Assembly: GCA_963513295.1 (NCBI GenBank)
Contig: CAUPQO010000001.1
Span: forward strand, 4,367 to 68,366
Direction: 5' to 3'
Origin: an uncultured Hylemonella sp.
GTDB taxonomy: Bacteria; Pseudomonadota; Gammaproteobacteria; Burkholderiales; Burkholderiaceae_C
DNA length: 64,000 bases
Shown: piece after piece, positions 33,338 through 42,663 of the stretch
How the letters are laid out: every line of letters starts with the position of its first letter
Numbering within the stretch: position 1 is the stretch's first letter
Notes under the pieces: generated by a model
Told to the model about the DNA's origin: nothing
Database searches by the model: none
What the model saw: only the letters and a program-made list of their open reading frames with translations
Made by a program: the position numbers and the translations under genes

Positions 33338-34921
33338 ATGAAAGCGCTGAAGCTGACGCTGGTGCAGCGGATTGAACTGACCATCGGGTTGTTGCTGGGG
33401 TTGATGCTGGTCGCCGGTGGTTTCACTGCCTGGTCGGTCTACGGGATCCACCAGCAGGCCAGGCAGATGGTGGAATCCGATCTGGTGAAGTTGCTGCGCA
33501 TGTCGAACATGCAGAAGAGTGTCAGCCAGGCACGCAGAGCCGAAAAGGACGTCTCGATCGACCTGCTGATGAAAATGGATCGGGTGCCACAGCGCATTGC
33601 TGAATGGAAGCAGCACGTCGCCGAGGCCAACGCCCTGATGCGTACCGTGAACGAGGCTGAGCTCCATCCGCAGGTGCTGGATTCGATCCAGCAGGGCGCA
33701 CGAGAGTTCGAGGCCTACACCTCGCGACTCAGCGGCATTCTGGCGCGCATCGAGAGCAAGGAAATTCTCGATCAGGCCGTCTATGAAGAGGAAATCCAGG
33801 CGCACCTGAAATCCGCGGTGGCTGCCGAAGCGCAGATAGGCCAGGCCATGCTGCACACCAGTGAATTGACCACGCGGGGCGGCGAGCAGGTGAGTGCAGC
33901 CGTCCGTCAACTCTTCTGGATCGTCGGGCTGGGGTTGACGGGTGCCATGGTCTTTGGCCTGTTGCTGGGCCAGTCCTTGTTACGTGGCATCCGGCGGCCG
34001 CTGGCGCATCTGACCCGGGGCATTGCCAGTGTCAGGGCCGGCAATCTGTCCCAGGAGGTCCCCGTCTATTCCAGCGACGAGCTGGGACAAATGGCCGGCG
34101 ACTTCAATACCATGGTGGCCTCGCTGCGGGCCATGGTGCAGGAGGTCCGGCAAGGCGCCGAGGGCGTGACCGAGGCGAGTTCGCAGATTGCCAGCGGCAA
34201 CAATGACTTGAGCAGCCGCACCGAGCAGGCTGCCGCCAGCCTGCAGCAGGCCGCAGCGTCCCTGGACACGCTGACCAGTACGGTGCGCAAGACGGCCGAT
34301 TCGGCGCACGCGGCCAACGGGATCGCATCGTCCGCGGCTTCCTCGGCGGGTCAATGCGGCGATCTGGTCCAGCAGGTCGTGCTCAGCATGGCCGGCATCC
34401 AGACCTCCAGCAGTCGCATCGCCGATATCACGGCCGTCATCGACGGGATTGCCTTCCAGACCAATATCCTGGCGCTCAATGCGGCGGTAGAGGCTGCACG
34501 GGCGGGTGAACAGGGGCGGGGATTTGCCGTCGTCGCCGGTGAAGTCCGCCTGTTGGCCCGGCGTTCAGCCGAGGCGGCCCGCGAGATCAAGGCCTTGATC
34601 GAGGCCAGCCGCGACGAAGTGGCGTCGGGTTCCCGTCTGGTGCAGGAAGCCGGGAGCGCGATGTCGCAGATCGTGCGGCAAGTGGCCGAGGTCAGCCACG
34701 TGATCCAGGCGATCACGCAGGACGCCCGCATCCAGTCGAGCGAGATCGGGGGGGTCAACCAGTCCATGGGACAGCTCGAACAGATGACGCAGCAGAATGC
34801 CGCGCTCGTCGAACAGGCGGCAGCCGCTTCCGCCAGCCTCAGGGACCAGGCCGACCGCATGGCCGACGTGATGCGGATGTTCAACGTGGGCCGGGAACAT
34901 CAACTGCTGTTGGCGGTCTGA
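33338..34921 (+). CDS. Methyl-accepting chemotaxis protein (two TM, four-helix-bundle-sized sensor, HAMP)
   Basis: [30 protein letters not shown]; DELG HAMP motif. Confidence 0.95.
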   Translation: MKALKLTLVQRIELTIGLLLGLMLVAGGFTAWSVYGIHQQARQMVESDLVKLLRMSNMQKSVSQARRAEKDVSIDLLMKMDRVPQRIAEWKQHVAEANALMRTVNEAELHPQVLDSIQQGAREFEAYTSRLSGILARIESKEILDQAVYEEEIQAHLKSAVAAEAQIGQAMLHTSELTTRGGEQVSAAVRQLFWIVGLGLTGAMVFGLLLGQSLLRGIRRPLAHLTRGIASVRAGNLSQEVPVYSSDELGQMAGDFNTMVASLRAMVQEVRQGAEGVTEASSQIASGNNDLSSRTEQAAASLQQAAASLDTLTSTVRKTADSAHAANGIASSAASSAGQCGDLVQQVVLSMAGIQTSSSRIADITAVIDGIAFQTNILALNAAVEAARAGEQGRGFAVVAGEVRLLARRSAEAAREIKALIEASRDEVASGSRLVQEAGSAMSQIVRQVAEVSHVIQAITQDARIQSSEIGGVNQSMGQLEQMTQQNAALVEQAAAASASLRDQADRMADVMRMFNVGREHQLLLAV

Positions 34922-34959
34922 AGCCGGACTACACTGCGGCCTGATTCCGGAGGCCCCTC

Positions 34960-35295
34960 ATGTCGACGCATCAGTTCGCACAGCTGCCAGCACCGCCGTA
35001 TTACGCCGTGGTCTTTTCTTCCCTGCGGACGGCGGGTGACGACGGCTATGAACAGACGGCCGAACGCATGGTTGAGCTGGCCGCAGGTCAGCCCGGCTTC
35101 CTCGGCGCCGAGAGCGTGCGCAGTGCAGATGGCTTCGGCATCACGGTGTCCTATTGGCTGTCCGAAGCGGCGATCGCCGCCTGGCGGGCGCATGCCGAGC
35201 ACCGCATCGCACAGGAAAGCGGCCGCACGCGCTGGTACGAGCACTACGAAATCCGTGTGGCACGGGTCGAGCGGGCCTGGGGCAAGCCGGCCTGA
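34960..35295 (+). CDS. Antibiotic biosynthesis monooxygenase (ABM)-family protein
   Basis: PYYAVVFSS, QPGFLG.ES, GITVSYW, W..H.EH..AQ..GR..WY. Confidence 0.85.
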   Translation: MSTHQFAQLPAPPYYAVVFSSLRTAGDDGYEQTAERMVELAAGQPGFLGAESVRSADGFGITVSYWLSEAAIAAWRAHAEHRIAQESGRTRWYEHYEIRVARVERAWGKPA

Positions 35296-35318
35296 GAGGC
35301 CGCTGCCGGGCCTCGGCC

Positions 35319-35882
35319 TCAGCCCACGGGGCAGGTCGGCTGGCTGAGAAATTCAATCTGGGTCAGGTACAGACGCAGATCGAACTCCAGCTGGTGGTAG
35401 TCGGGTTCCATGTGGGTGCAGAGCTGGTAGAAGGCTTTGTCGTGGGCCTTTTCCTTGAGGTGAGCCAGCTCGTGTACCACGATCATTCTCAGGAACTCGG
35501 GAGGCACGTTCTTGAACAGGGTGGCGATGCGAATTTCGCGTTTGCTCTTCAGCCTGGATCCTTGCACCCGCGAGACGCTGGTGTGCGTACCCAGGGCATG
35601 GTGGACGACGTGCAGCCTGCTGTCAAAACAGATCTTGTTCAGTGGCTCGGCACTGCGCAGGTATTCTGCCTTGAGGCCCTGCACGTAGTCGAACAGGGCC
35701 TTGTCGCTGCGGATGTCATGGGTGTCCGGGTACTTCTTGTGCAACACCTTCCCCAGCTGCTCGTTGGCCAGGAGCTGCCGCACCTGTTCCAGAACCGCTG
35801 GCTGGTACCCGGTGAGGTAGCGTAGCGGGTCTCTGGGTTGCGGCAGAGGTGTGGCGGCGCTGGGCGGCCGGGATGGTTTCAT
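35319..35882 (-). CDS. YgjP-like (M48/DUF45) HExxH metal-dependent hydrolase
   Basis: LRYLTGY, MIVVHELAHLKEKAHDKAFY, YHQLEFDLR. Confidence 0.88.
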   Translation of the reverse strand: MKPSRPPSAATPLPQPRDPLRYLTGYQPAVLEQVRQLLANEQLGKVLHKKYPDTHDIRSDKALFDYVQGLKAEYLRSAEPLNKICFDSRLHVVHHALGTHTSVSRVQGSRLKSKREIRIATLFKNVPPEFLRMIVVHELAHLKEKAHDKAFYQLCTHMEPDYHQLEFDLRLYLTQIEFLSQPTCPVG

Positions 35883-35889
35883 GGCTGCG

Positions 35890-35955
35890 TTAGCAATCCT
35901 TTAGGAATTTTCTAGTGAGTTCTTAAGAGACATGAGGCGGCCAGATTTCTAGACT
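35890..35955 (+). promoter_or_regulatory. Four 11-bp-phased direct repeats plus putative -10 for the hemerythrin-like gene
   Basis: TTAGCAATCCT/TTAGGAATTTT/CTAGTGAGTTC/TTAAGAGACAT at 35890-35933; TAGACT at 35950-35955. Confidence 0.6.
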
Positions 35956-36032
35956 TCCTGCATGTTCCTGCTCGGGGTGAGCGGGGACCAAGACCAGCCC
36001 GGCAGTTCTTCCGGGCCACCAGGAAGTAAACC

Positions 36033-36773
36033 ATGAAAATTGACACGAATGAAATGGCGAAGGTCGAGCGCGCCACCGGCACCGCCCCGAGGGTGGACCT
36101 TTACAGCGGCATCCACAAGGCCCTGCGAGCCCTGATGGCTGACATTCTGGTGGCCGTCGGCCGCATGGACCCGGAGGATGAATCCGAATTCGACTGGGTC
36201 AGTTCGCGTGTGCTGCAGCTGGCCGACGTCTGCACCTCGCATCTGATGCACGAGAACGAGTTCGTGCACGGGGCCATGGAGGCCTGCCAGCCGGGCTCCA
36301 GCGGGCGTATCGCCCATGAACACCTTGAGCATGGGGATGCGATCGCCCGCCTCAAGGACGCGGTGCAGCAGATGCGTGCCAGCCAGGGTGCGCGGCGTGC
36401 CGGCGAGGCCTTGTCCCTGTACCGGCAGCTGGCGCTGTTCGTTGCCCATAACTTCGAGCACATGCACACCGAGGAAACGGCGCACAACCAGGTTTTGTGG
36501 GCGCATTACAGCGATGAAGAACTGATGGCACTGCACGCCCGTCTGGTCGCTTCGCTGCCACCTGAGGAGAACCTGTTCGCACTGCGCTGGATGGTGCCTG
36601 CCATGACGCCGGCGGAACGCCTGCAGGTGCTCGGGGACATGCAGGCCCACGCTCCGGCACCAGCCTTTGCGGCCGCTCTGGACGTGGTGCAGCCGCACCT
36701 GGACCTGCGCGGCTGGGGCAAGCTTTCACGCGGCCTGGATCTGGCGCCGGTGGCAGGCCTGGTCGAGGTCTGA
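36033..36773 (+). CDS. Hemerythrin/HHE cation-binding domain protein
   Basis: IHKALR...HLMHENEFVH...HEHLEH...HMHTEE (H..HxxxE..H..HxxxE spacing); AGGAAG SD. Confidence 0.8.
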   Translation: MKIDTNEMAKVERATGTAPRVDLYSGIHKALRALMADILVAVGRMDPEDESEFDWVSSRVLQLADVCTSHLMHENEFVHGAMEACQPGSSGRIAHEHLEHGDAIARLKDAVQQMRASQGARRAGEALSLYRQLALFVAHNFEHMHTEETAHNQVLWAHYSDEELMALHARLVASLPPEENLFALRWMVPAMTPAERLQVLGDMQAHAPAPAFAAALDVVQPHLDLRGWGKLSRGLDLAPVAGLVEV

Positions 36774-36785
36774 GCCGTGGCGAGC

Positions 36786-38132
36786 CTAGTCGCCCTCACT
36801 GAGTTCGAGGGCGGCAGCCACGCACAGCCTGAACTGGCCACGGCCTGTCTTCTCGATGCGGATGGGCTGAGCCTGCTCGGCCAGCCGGCGCTCCAGCAGG
36901 ATCAGCCGGGCTTCCAGGTTGTCCACCACCTCCGGCAGGCCGATGCCGGGATCCAGTCGCAGTTCGCGGTTGCTGAATTCCGTTCGGCCGCGCTGTCGAT
37001 AGTCCTGCAGCAGCTTCCAGAAGATGGCGCCGGCCACGCCTTTGATGACATAGTGGTCGTTGAGAAAGATGCTGTTGTTGCTGCGGTAGCGGCGCACCTG
37101 CACCGTACCCTGCGCGACGGGACACGGCGCCGTGGTCGGCGGAGCCGCGGGCTCTGCCGTGGTGCCCGTGTCCAGGCGTAGCAGGTCGATGGCCGCTCCG
37201 AGGTGACCGGCGACGGTGACCAGGACATCCTCGTCTTCGAAGGTGAAGCGCAGTTCCTGCGTGCTTTCGACGAAGATCACACCCAATACCTGGCCGGTCG
37301 AGAGGATGGGTACGGCCATCTGGCTCTGCGGCCGGGGCAGGCCCGGGTAGGGGATGTCGGTATTGAGCGCCAGGCCAGGCTGCCCGCTCTCCATATTGCG
37401 GCGCACGGCATGGCTGTAGAGGCTGGCACTGGTCATGTGGGGGATGCGCACCGGGGTACGCTCGCGCGCCGCCATGCCGATCACGCCCTGGCCCAGTTCG
37501 ATCTCGGAGCCCACCCCGGACTCGGCGTAGCCATGGCTGGTCACGGTATAGAGGCGCTGCAGGGTCGGGTCCAGCAGCAGGATCATGGCGTGGGCGGTGC
37601 CGAATTCCTGTGTCAGGGTGGCCATCACCGCGCTCAGCGCATCGTCGAGCGTGCTGCAGCGTGCCAGCCGCTCGCTGCAGCGGCGCATCTGGCCTAGGAG
37701 GCCGCAGCGCGGCGGCGGAGCCTCCATGGCGTCACCAGGCACCTGCTCGATGGCCTGGATCTCGTAGATGTCCGATCCTTTGAGCTCGAACACGTCGGCC
37801 ATGCCGCTGTGCGAGGCGATTCCGGCCAGTTGGGCCCGCATGCTCTCGAACAGGGGCCCTTCGGTTTCGGTGTGCTGGTAACGGATCTGCAGCCGGTAGA
37901 AGATGCAGGTCTGGGGGTGCAGCAGCAGCAGCGTGGCCTGTGGGTGCGCCAGGATGTTCTGCCGTGTCTTGTTGAAAAACTGGAAGGACAAGGCGACGTG
38001 GCCAGCGTCCAGGTAATAGACTTGGGACAGATAGGCCACATTGGGGGTGCCGTCGGGCGCACAGGTGGCAATCATCGCAGGGATGATGCCTTCCAGGCAG
38101 GGCCGGATGTCGTCCAGGGTGGGTTCGTTCAT
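36786..38132 (-). CDS. PNPOx-like split barrel + GAF + C-terminal winged-helix protein (putative one-component regulator)
   Basis: ATCAPDGTPNV..KTRQNI..HP; GQGVIGMAA..SQMAVPI..LGVIFVES..FTFEDE; C-terminal LILLERRL..IRIEKTGRGQFRL. Confidence 0.8.
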   Translation of the reverse strand: MNEPTLDDIRPCLEGIIPAMIATCAPDGTPNVAYLSQVYYLDAGHVALSFQFFNKTRQNILAHPQATLLLLHPQTCIFYRLQIRYQHTETEGPLFESMRAQLAGIASHSGMADVFELKGSDIYEIQAIEQVPGDAMEAPPPRCGLLGQMRRCSERLARCSTLDDALSAVMATLTQEFGTAHAMILLLDPTLQRLYTVTSHGYAESGVGSEIELGQGVIGMAARERTPVRIPHMTSASLYSHAVRRNMESGQPGLALNTDIPYPGLPRPQSQMAVPILSTGQVLGVIFVESTQELRFTFEDEDVLVTVAGHLGAAIDLLRLDTGTTAEPAAPPTTAPCPVAQGTVQVRRYRSNNSIFLNDHYVIKGVAGAIFWKLLQDYRQRGRTEFSNRELRLDPGIGLPEVVDNLEARLILLERRLAEQAQPIRIEKTGRGQFRLCVAAALELSEGD

Positions 38133-38659
38133 GCCCGAGCTCCGCTGCCCGGCAATTGCGATCCGGCTTTGGGGCCGGGGGTCTGGTCGTAGGCCTGCTC
38201 CGGCGCGAAGCTGACGGCGACGACATCGGCCAGCTGGTGCGCCAGCATGGCGCGGGTCTGCTCAGCCCGGATGCCCACGTGGGCGAGCTGTCCTTCCATG
38301 GCCCGCAGATAGCGTTGCAGCAGATCCGATTCGGCCGGCAGGGCCGCGCGCAGCTGCACGGCGCTGGCTTTCACCTGGACCGTGCGGTGGGTGGAGGGCT
38401 CGCTGAACACCACGGCAATGTGTCCCGTGGCCTGCAGGTCGGCCAGCAACTGGGCGGAGCTGGGACGGTTCAGGTAGACGGTGATGCGATCACCCTGAGG
38501 CGTGATGCTGGCGCCGACCGCCCGCATCAGGCTGGGGCGCTGCGCAGCGTCGCGCGAGGCGACGATGGTGGACACCCCGCTGTCTATCAGGGCGATGTGT
38601 TCGGCGCTGAGCAGGCCTGGTCCGCCTGTCGTCTTGCCTGTCATGGGGGTGTCCTTCAT
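38129..38659 (-). CDS. Stand-alone PNPOx-like split-barrel protein
   Basis: IVASRDAAQRPS, IAVVFSEPSTHRTVQVK, YDQTPGPKAG; stop overlaps the next start (ATGA). Confidence 0.72.
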   Translation of the reverse strand: MKDTPMTGKTTGGPGLLSAEHIALIDSGVSTIVASRDAAQRPSLMRAVGASITPQGDRITVYLNRPSSAQLLADLQATGHIAVVFSEPSTHRTVQVKASAVQLRAALPAESDLLQRYLRAMEGQLAHVGIRAEQTRAMLAHQLADVVAVSFAPEQAYDQTPGPKAGSQLPGSGARA

Positions 38660-38678
38660 GCAAGCAGGCCGTTGCGGA

Positions 38679-40211
38679 TCAGCCCTCGCGGCGCAGCGCG
38701 GGGAAGAGGATCACGTCGCGGATGCTGGGGCTGTCGGTCAGCAGCATCATCAGGCGGTCGATGCCGATGCCGCAGCCGCCGGTGGGCGGCATGCCATATT
38801 CGAGGGCGCGCACGAAGTCATGGTCGAAGAACATGGCCTCGTCGTCGCCGCTGTCCTTGGCCGCCACCTGGCTGTGAAAGCGTGCGGCCTGCTCCTCGGC
38901 ATCGTTGAGCTCGGAGAAACCGTTGCCGAACTCGCGGCCGGTGATGTAGAGCTCGAAACGTTCGGTCACGTCCGGGCGCGTGTCGCTGGCGCGCGCCAGC
39001 GGCGAGATTTCCACCGGGTGCTCGCAGATGAAGGTGGGCTGCCAGAGCTTCTCTTCCACCACTTCTTCGAAGTACAGCACTTGCAGGCTGGACAGTGAAC
39101 GGGTCGAGAGCTTGTGCTTCTCCTCGTTCATGCCGAGTTTCTTGAGCGCGTTGATCAGCCAGGCGCTGTCGTCGACGAAGGCGCTGCCGGCTTCGCTGTG
39201 GCGGATGATGGCTTCGCGGATGGTCAGGCGCTCGAAGGGCTGGGCCAGATCCACCGGCTTGCCGCCGTAGCTCAGTTGCAAGGTGCCCGTGGCCTGCTGG
39301 GCGGCATGGCGCACCAGGCCTTCGGTGAAGGTCATGAGGTCCTGGTAGTCCCAGTAGGCCGCATAGAACTCCATCATGGTGAACTCGGGGTTGTGGCGCA
39401 CCGAGATGCCTTCGTTGCGGAAGTTGCGGTTGATCTCGAACACGCGTTCGAAACCACCGACGATCAGGCGCTTGAGAAAAAGTTCGGGCGCAATGCGCAG
39501 GAACATCTCCTGGTCCAGCGCGTTGTGGTGCGTGATGAAAGGCTTGGCATTGGCGCCGCCCGGGATCGGGTGCAGCATCGGCGTCTCGACTTCCAGGAAG
39601 CGATGCGAAACCATGAACTCGCGGATCGAGCTCACGGCCTTGCTGCGCGCGACGAAGCGCTGGCGCGCCTCCTCGTCGGTCATCAGGTCCACGTAACGCT
39701 GGCGGTACTTGACCTCCTGGTCGGCCACGCCATGGAACTTGTCGGGCATGGGGCGCAGGCTCTTGGTCAGCAGGCGCACGCTCGTCGCCTGGATGGACAG
39801 CTCGCCGGTCTTGGTCTTGAAGACCAGGCCTTCGGCGGCCACGATGTCGCCCAGGTCCCAGTGCTTGAAGGTCTCGTAGGCCTCTTCGCCGATCTCGTCG
39901 CGCTTGACGTAGATCTGGATGCGGCCGCTGCTGTCCTGCAGGGTGGCGAAGCTGGCCTTGCCCATGACGCGCTTGAGCATCATGCGGCCGGCCACGCTGG
40001 CGCGACTGGCCTGGGCCAGCAGGCCCTCGGGGGTCTGGCCGGCGTGGGCGGCGAAGAGGTCGGCCGCACGGTCGGCCGGCTTGAAGTCGTTGGGGAAGGC
40101 CGGGCCCTTGCCCTCGACCTGCCGCTGGCGGATGGCCTTGAGCTTTTCGCGCCGTTCGGCGATCAGCTGGTTTTCGTCCTGGGCGGGGGCAGCGGTGTGT
40201 TGTTCTGACAT
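38679..40211 (-). CDS. lysS: Lysine--tRNA ligase (class II)
   Basis: [43 protein letters not shown]. Confidence 0.98.
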   Translation of the reverse strand: MSEQHTAAPAQDENQLIAERREKLKAIRQRQVEGKGPAFPNDFKPADRAADLFAAHAGQTPEGLLAQASRASVAGRMMLKRVMGKASFATLQDSSGRIQIYVKRDEIGEEAYETFKHWDLGDIVAAEGLVFKTKTGELSIQATSVRLLTKSLRPMPDKFHGVADQEVKYRQRYVDLMTDEEARQRFVARSKAVSSIREFMVSHRFLEVETPMLHPIPGGANAKPFITHHNALDQEMFLRIAPELFLKRLIVGGFERVFEINRNFRNEGISVRHNPEFTMMEFYAAYWDYQDLMTFTEGLVRHAAQQATGTLQLSYGGKPVDLAQPFERLTIREAIIRHSEAGSAFVDDSAWLINALKKLGMNEEKHKLSTRSLSSLQVLYFEEVVEEKLWQPTFICEHPVEISPLARASDTRPDVTERFELYITGREFGNGFSELNDAEEQAARFHSQVAAKDSGDDEAMFFDHDFVRALEYGMPPTGGCGIGIDRLMMLLTDSPSIRDVILFPALRREG

Positions 40212-40311
40212 GAGAGGGCCGGGTAGGAGGTGGCCCTGAGAGAGGGCCAGAACCCGCTATTTTAATGACGCTATCATCCCTTCAGCTTTTTCCCTTCTGT
40301 CCGGGCCCGTC

Positions 40312-40872
40312 ATGCTGTTCCAGATCTTTTCCCTCTTGCTCGAAGTCGTGGCCGGCGTACTCGGTGGCGCCTGCCTCTTGCGCCTGTACATGCAGTACCA
40401 GCGCATTCCCATGTCGGCGCGCTCGGGCAATCCGCTGGGTCGTTTTGTCTTTGCCTTGACCGACTGGCTGGTGCTGCCGCTGCGCCGTTTCGTGCCATCC
40501 GCCGGCCGCTGGGACTTGTCCAGCCTGCTGGCGGCCTGGCTGATCGAACTGGCCATGTTCTCGCTGCTGTGGGTGTTCACCAGCTTCGTCGCCAGCTATG
40601 TATCCGTGCTGATCCTGGCCGCTTTTGGCGTGGTGCGGCTGGTGATCTCCGGCCTGACCGGCCTGGTCATCGTTTATGCCGTGCTGTCCTGGGTGCAATC
40701 CCACACGGTGCTGTCCGACATCATCGAGCGCCTGGTGGCACCCTTCCTGGCGCCGATCCGCCGCTTCGTGCCGCTGGTGGGCGGGGTGGACCTGTCGCCC
40801 CTGGTGCTGCTGGTCCTGCTGCAGGTGGCGGCCATCGTGCTGGGCCATCTGCAAGGACTGGCACTGCTGTAA
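40312..40872 (+). CDS. YggT-family membrane protein
   Basis: Two YGGT-type repeats, NPLGRFVFALTDWLVLPLRR, GGVDLSPL. Confidence 0.88.
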   Translation: MLFQIFSLLLEVVAGVLGGACLLRLYMQYQRIPMSARSGNPLGRFVFALTDWLVLPLRRFVPSAGRWDLSSLLAAWLIELAMFSLLWVFTSFVASYVSVLILAAFGVVRLVISGLTGLVIVYAVLSWVQSHTVLSDIIERLVAPFLAPIRRFVPLVGGVDLSPLVLLVLLQVAAIVLGHLQGLALL

Positions 40873-40895
40873 AAAAGCCGGCGCAAGGCCGGCTT
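40871..40895 (-). terminator. Terminator between convergent yggT and accD
   Basis: AAGCCGG..CCGGCTT; the A6 run gives a U-tract on the minus strand. Confidence 0.65.
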
Positions 40896-40914
40896 CTGGC
40901 GGGGCTGGCGCGGT

Positions 40915-41787
40915 TCAGATCACGGCATCGGCCGGCTGGCGCTGCAGCATGGCCAGGGTGTTGGCCACGGTCTTGCGCAGTTCGCGGCGGTCGCAGATGA
41001 AGTCCACGGCGCCCTTTTCCTGCAGGAACTCGGCACGCTGGAAACCTTCGGGCAGTTTCACGCGTACCGTGGACTCGATCACGCGCGGGCCGGCAAAGCC
41101 GATCAGGGCTTTGGGCTCGGCAATCACCACGTCGCCCAGGAAGGCGAAGCCGGCGCTCACGCCGCCCATGGTCGGGTCGGTCAGCACACTGATGTAGGGC
41201 AGCTTCTTCTTCGCCAGGCGGGTCAGGGCCGCGTTGGTCTTGGCCATCTGCATCAGCGAAAGCAGGCCTTCCTGCATGCGGGCGCCGCCGGTGGCGGTGA
41301 AACACAGGAAGGGCACTTTCTGCTCGATGGCGGTCTCGACGCCGCGCACGAAACGTTCGCCGACCACCGAACCCATGGAGCCGCCCATGAAGCCGAACTC
41401 GAAGCTGGCCGCCACCAGGCTGATGCCGTGCACGGCACCGCCCATGACCACCAGCGCGTCGGTCTCACCCGTGGCTTCCAGGGCTTCCTTCAGGCGCTCG
41501 GGGTACTTGCGGCTGTCCTTGAACTTGAGCGCGTCGACCGGCAGCACCTCCTGGCCGATCTCGAAGCGGCCTTCGTTGTCCAGGAAGAGGTTGAGGCGCG
41601 TGCGCGCGTCGATGCGGTGGTGGTGGCTGCAGGTCGGGCAGACGTTCTGGTTCTGTTCCAGGTCCGTCTTGTAGAGCACGGACTCACAGCTCGGGCACTT
41701 GATCCACAGGCCCTCGGGCACGCTGCGGCGGTCGGCCGGGTCGGTGTGCTGGATTTTCGGGGGCAGAAGTTTTTCGAGCCAACTCAT
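40915..41787 (-). CDS. accD: Acetyl-CoA carboxylase carboxyltransferase beta subunit
   Basis: WIKCPSC..CPTC zinc finger, [18 protein letters not shown]. Confidence 0.97.
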   Translation of the reverse strand: MSWLEKLLPPKIQHTDPADRRSVPEGLWIKCPSCESVLYKTDLEQNQNVCPTCSHHHRIDARTRLNLFLDNEGRFEIGQEVLPVDALKFKDSRKYPERLKEALEATGETDALVVMGGAVHGISLVAASFEFGFMGGSMGSVVGERFVRGVETAIEQKVPFLCFTATGGARMQEGLLSLMQMAKTNAALTRLAKKKLPYISVLTDPTMGGVSAGFAFLGDVVIAEPKALIGFAGPRVIESTVRVKLPEGFQRAEFLQEKGAVDFICDRRELRKTVANTLAMLQRQPADAVI

Positions 41788-41844
41788 GGGATGCTTCCTT
41801 TAATTGGGGTCAGGTTCCAACGACGGTCAGGCGCAAGACCGGGA

Positions 41845-42663
41845 TTATGAATCCAAAGCCTGTCGAATTTCCCGCAGGAAATCCGAGGCCACGGTAACGA
41901 CTTGTGCCCGGGGCAGGGGGTCGATCAGCTGGATGATGCGGCTGCCGATCACCACGGCGTCGGCCACCCGGCCCACGGCCTTGGCGCTGGCGGCGTCCCG
42001 GATGCCGAAACCCACGCCCACCGGCACCTTCACGTGCTGGCGGATGCGAGGCAGCATGGCTTCCACGGCGGCGGTGTCCAGGGTCCCGGCGCCTGTCACG
42101 CCCTTGAGCGAAACGTAATAGACGTAGCCGCTGGCCACGCGGGCCACCTGGGCCATGCGCTCGTCTGTGCTGGTGGGGGCGAGCAGGAAGATCAGGTCCA
42201 GGCCGTGCTGCTTGAGTGCGGCGGCGAAGGCTTCACACTCCTCGGGCGGGTAGTCCACCACCAGCACGCCGTCAACGCCGGCCGCTGCGGCATCGCGCGC
42301 GAAGGCGTTGGGGCCGCCGGCCTGGTGTAACTGGTCGTAGCGCTCGATGGGGTTGGCGTAGCCCATCAGCACCACCGGGGTACTGCTGTTCTTCTGGCGA
42401 AAGACACGCACCATCTCCAGCACCTGGCGCAGGCCGATGCCGGCGGCCAGGGCCTTGTCGCCCGCCGCCTGGATGACCGGGCCGTCGGCGCTGGGGTCGG
42501 AGAAGGGAACACCCAGCTCGATCACGTCGGCGCCGGCCGCCACCATGCCGTGCATGAGCTCGGGCGTAATGTCGGGATAGGGGTAGCCGGCCGTGATGAA
42601 GGGGATCAGGGCCTTGCGCTGGCTCTTTTGCAGCGCGGCGAACGTGGAAGCGATGCGGCTCAT
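41845..42663 (-). CDS. trpA: Tryptophan synthase alpha subunit
   Basis: [30 protein letters not shown]. Confidence 0.97.
   Translation of the reverse strand: MSRIASTFAALQKSQRKALIPFITAGYPYPDITPELMHGMVAAGADVIELGVPFSDPSADGPVIQAAGDKALAAGIGLRQVLEMVRVFRQKNSSTPVVLMGYANPIERYDQLHQAGGPNAFARDAAAAGVDGVLVVDYPPEECEAFAAALKQHGLDLIFLLAPTSTDERMAQVARVASGYVYYVSLKGVTGAGTLDTAAVEAMLPRIRQHVKVPVGVGFGIRDAASAKAVGRVADAVVIGSRIIQLIDPLPRAQVVTVASDFLREIRQALDS

Noticed and set aside
35319-35882. YgjP-like gene as a marker of a restriction/defence island
   Set aside because: No restriction-modification or other defence genes are adjacent; it is the short stand-alone form
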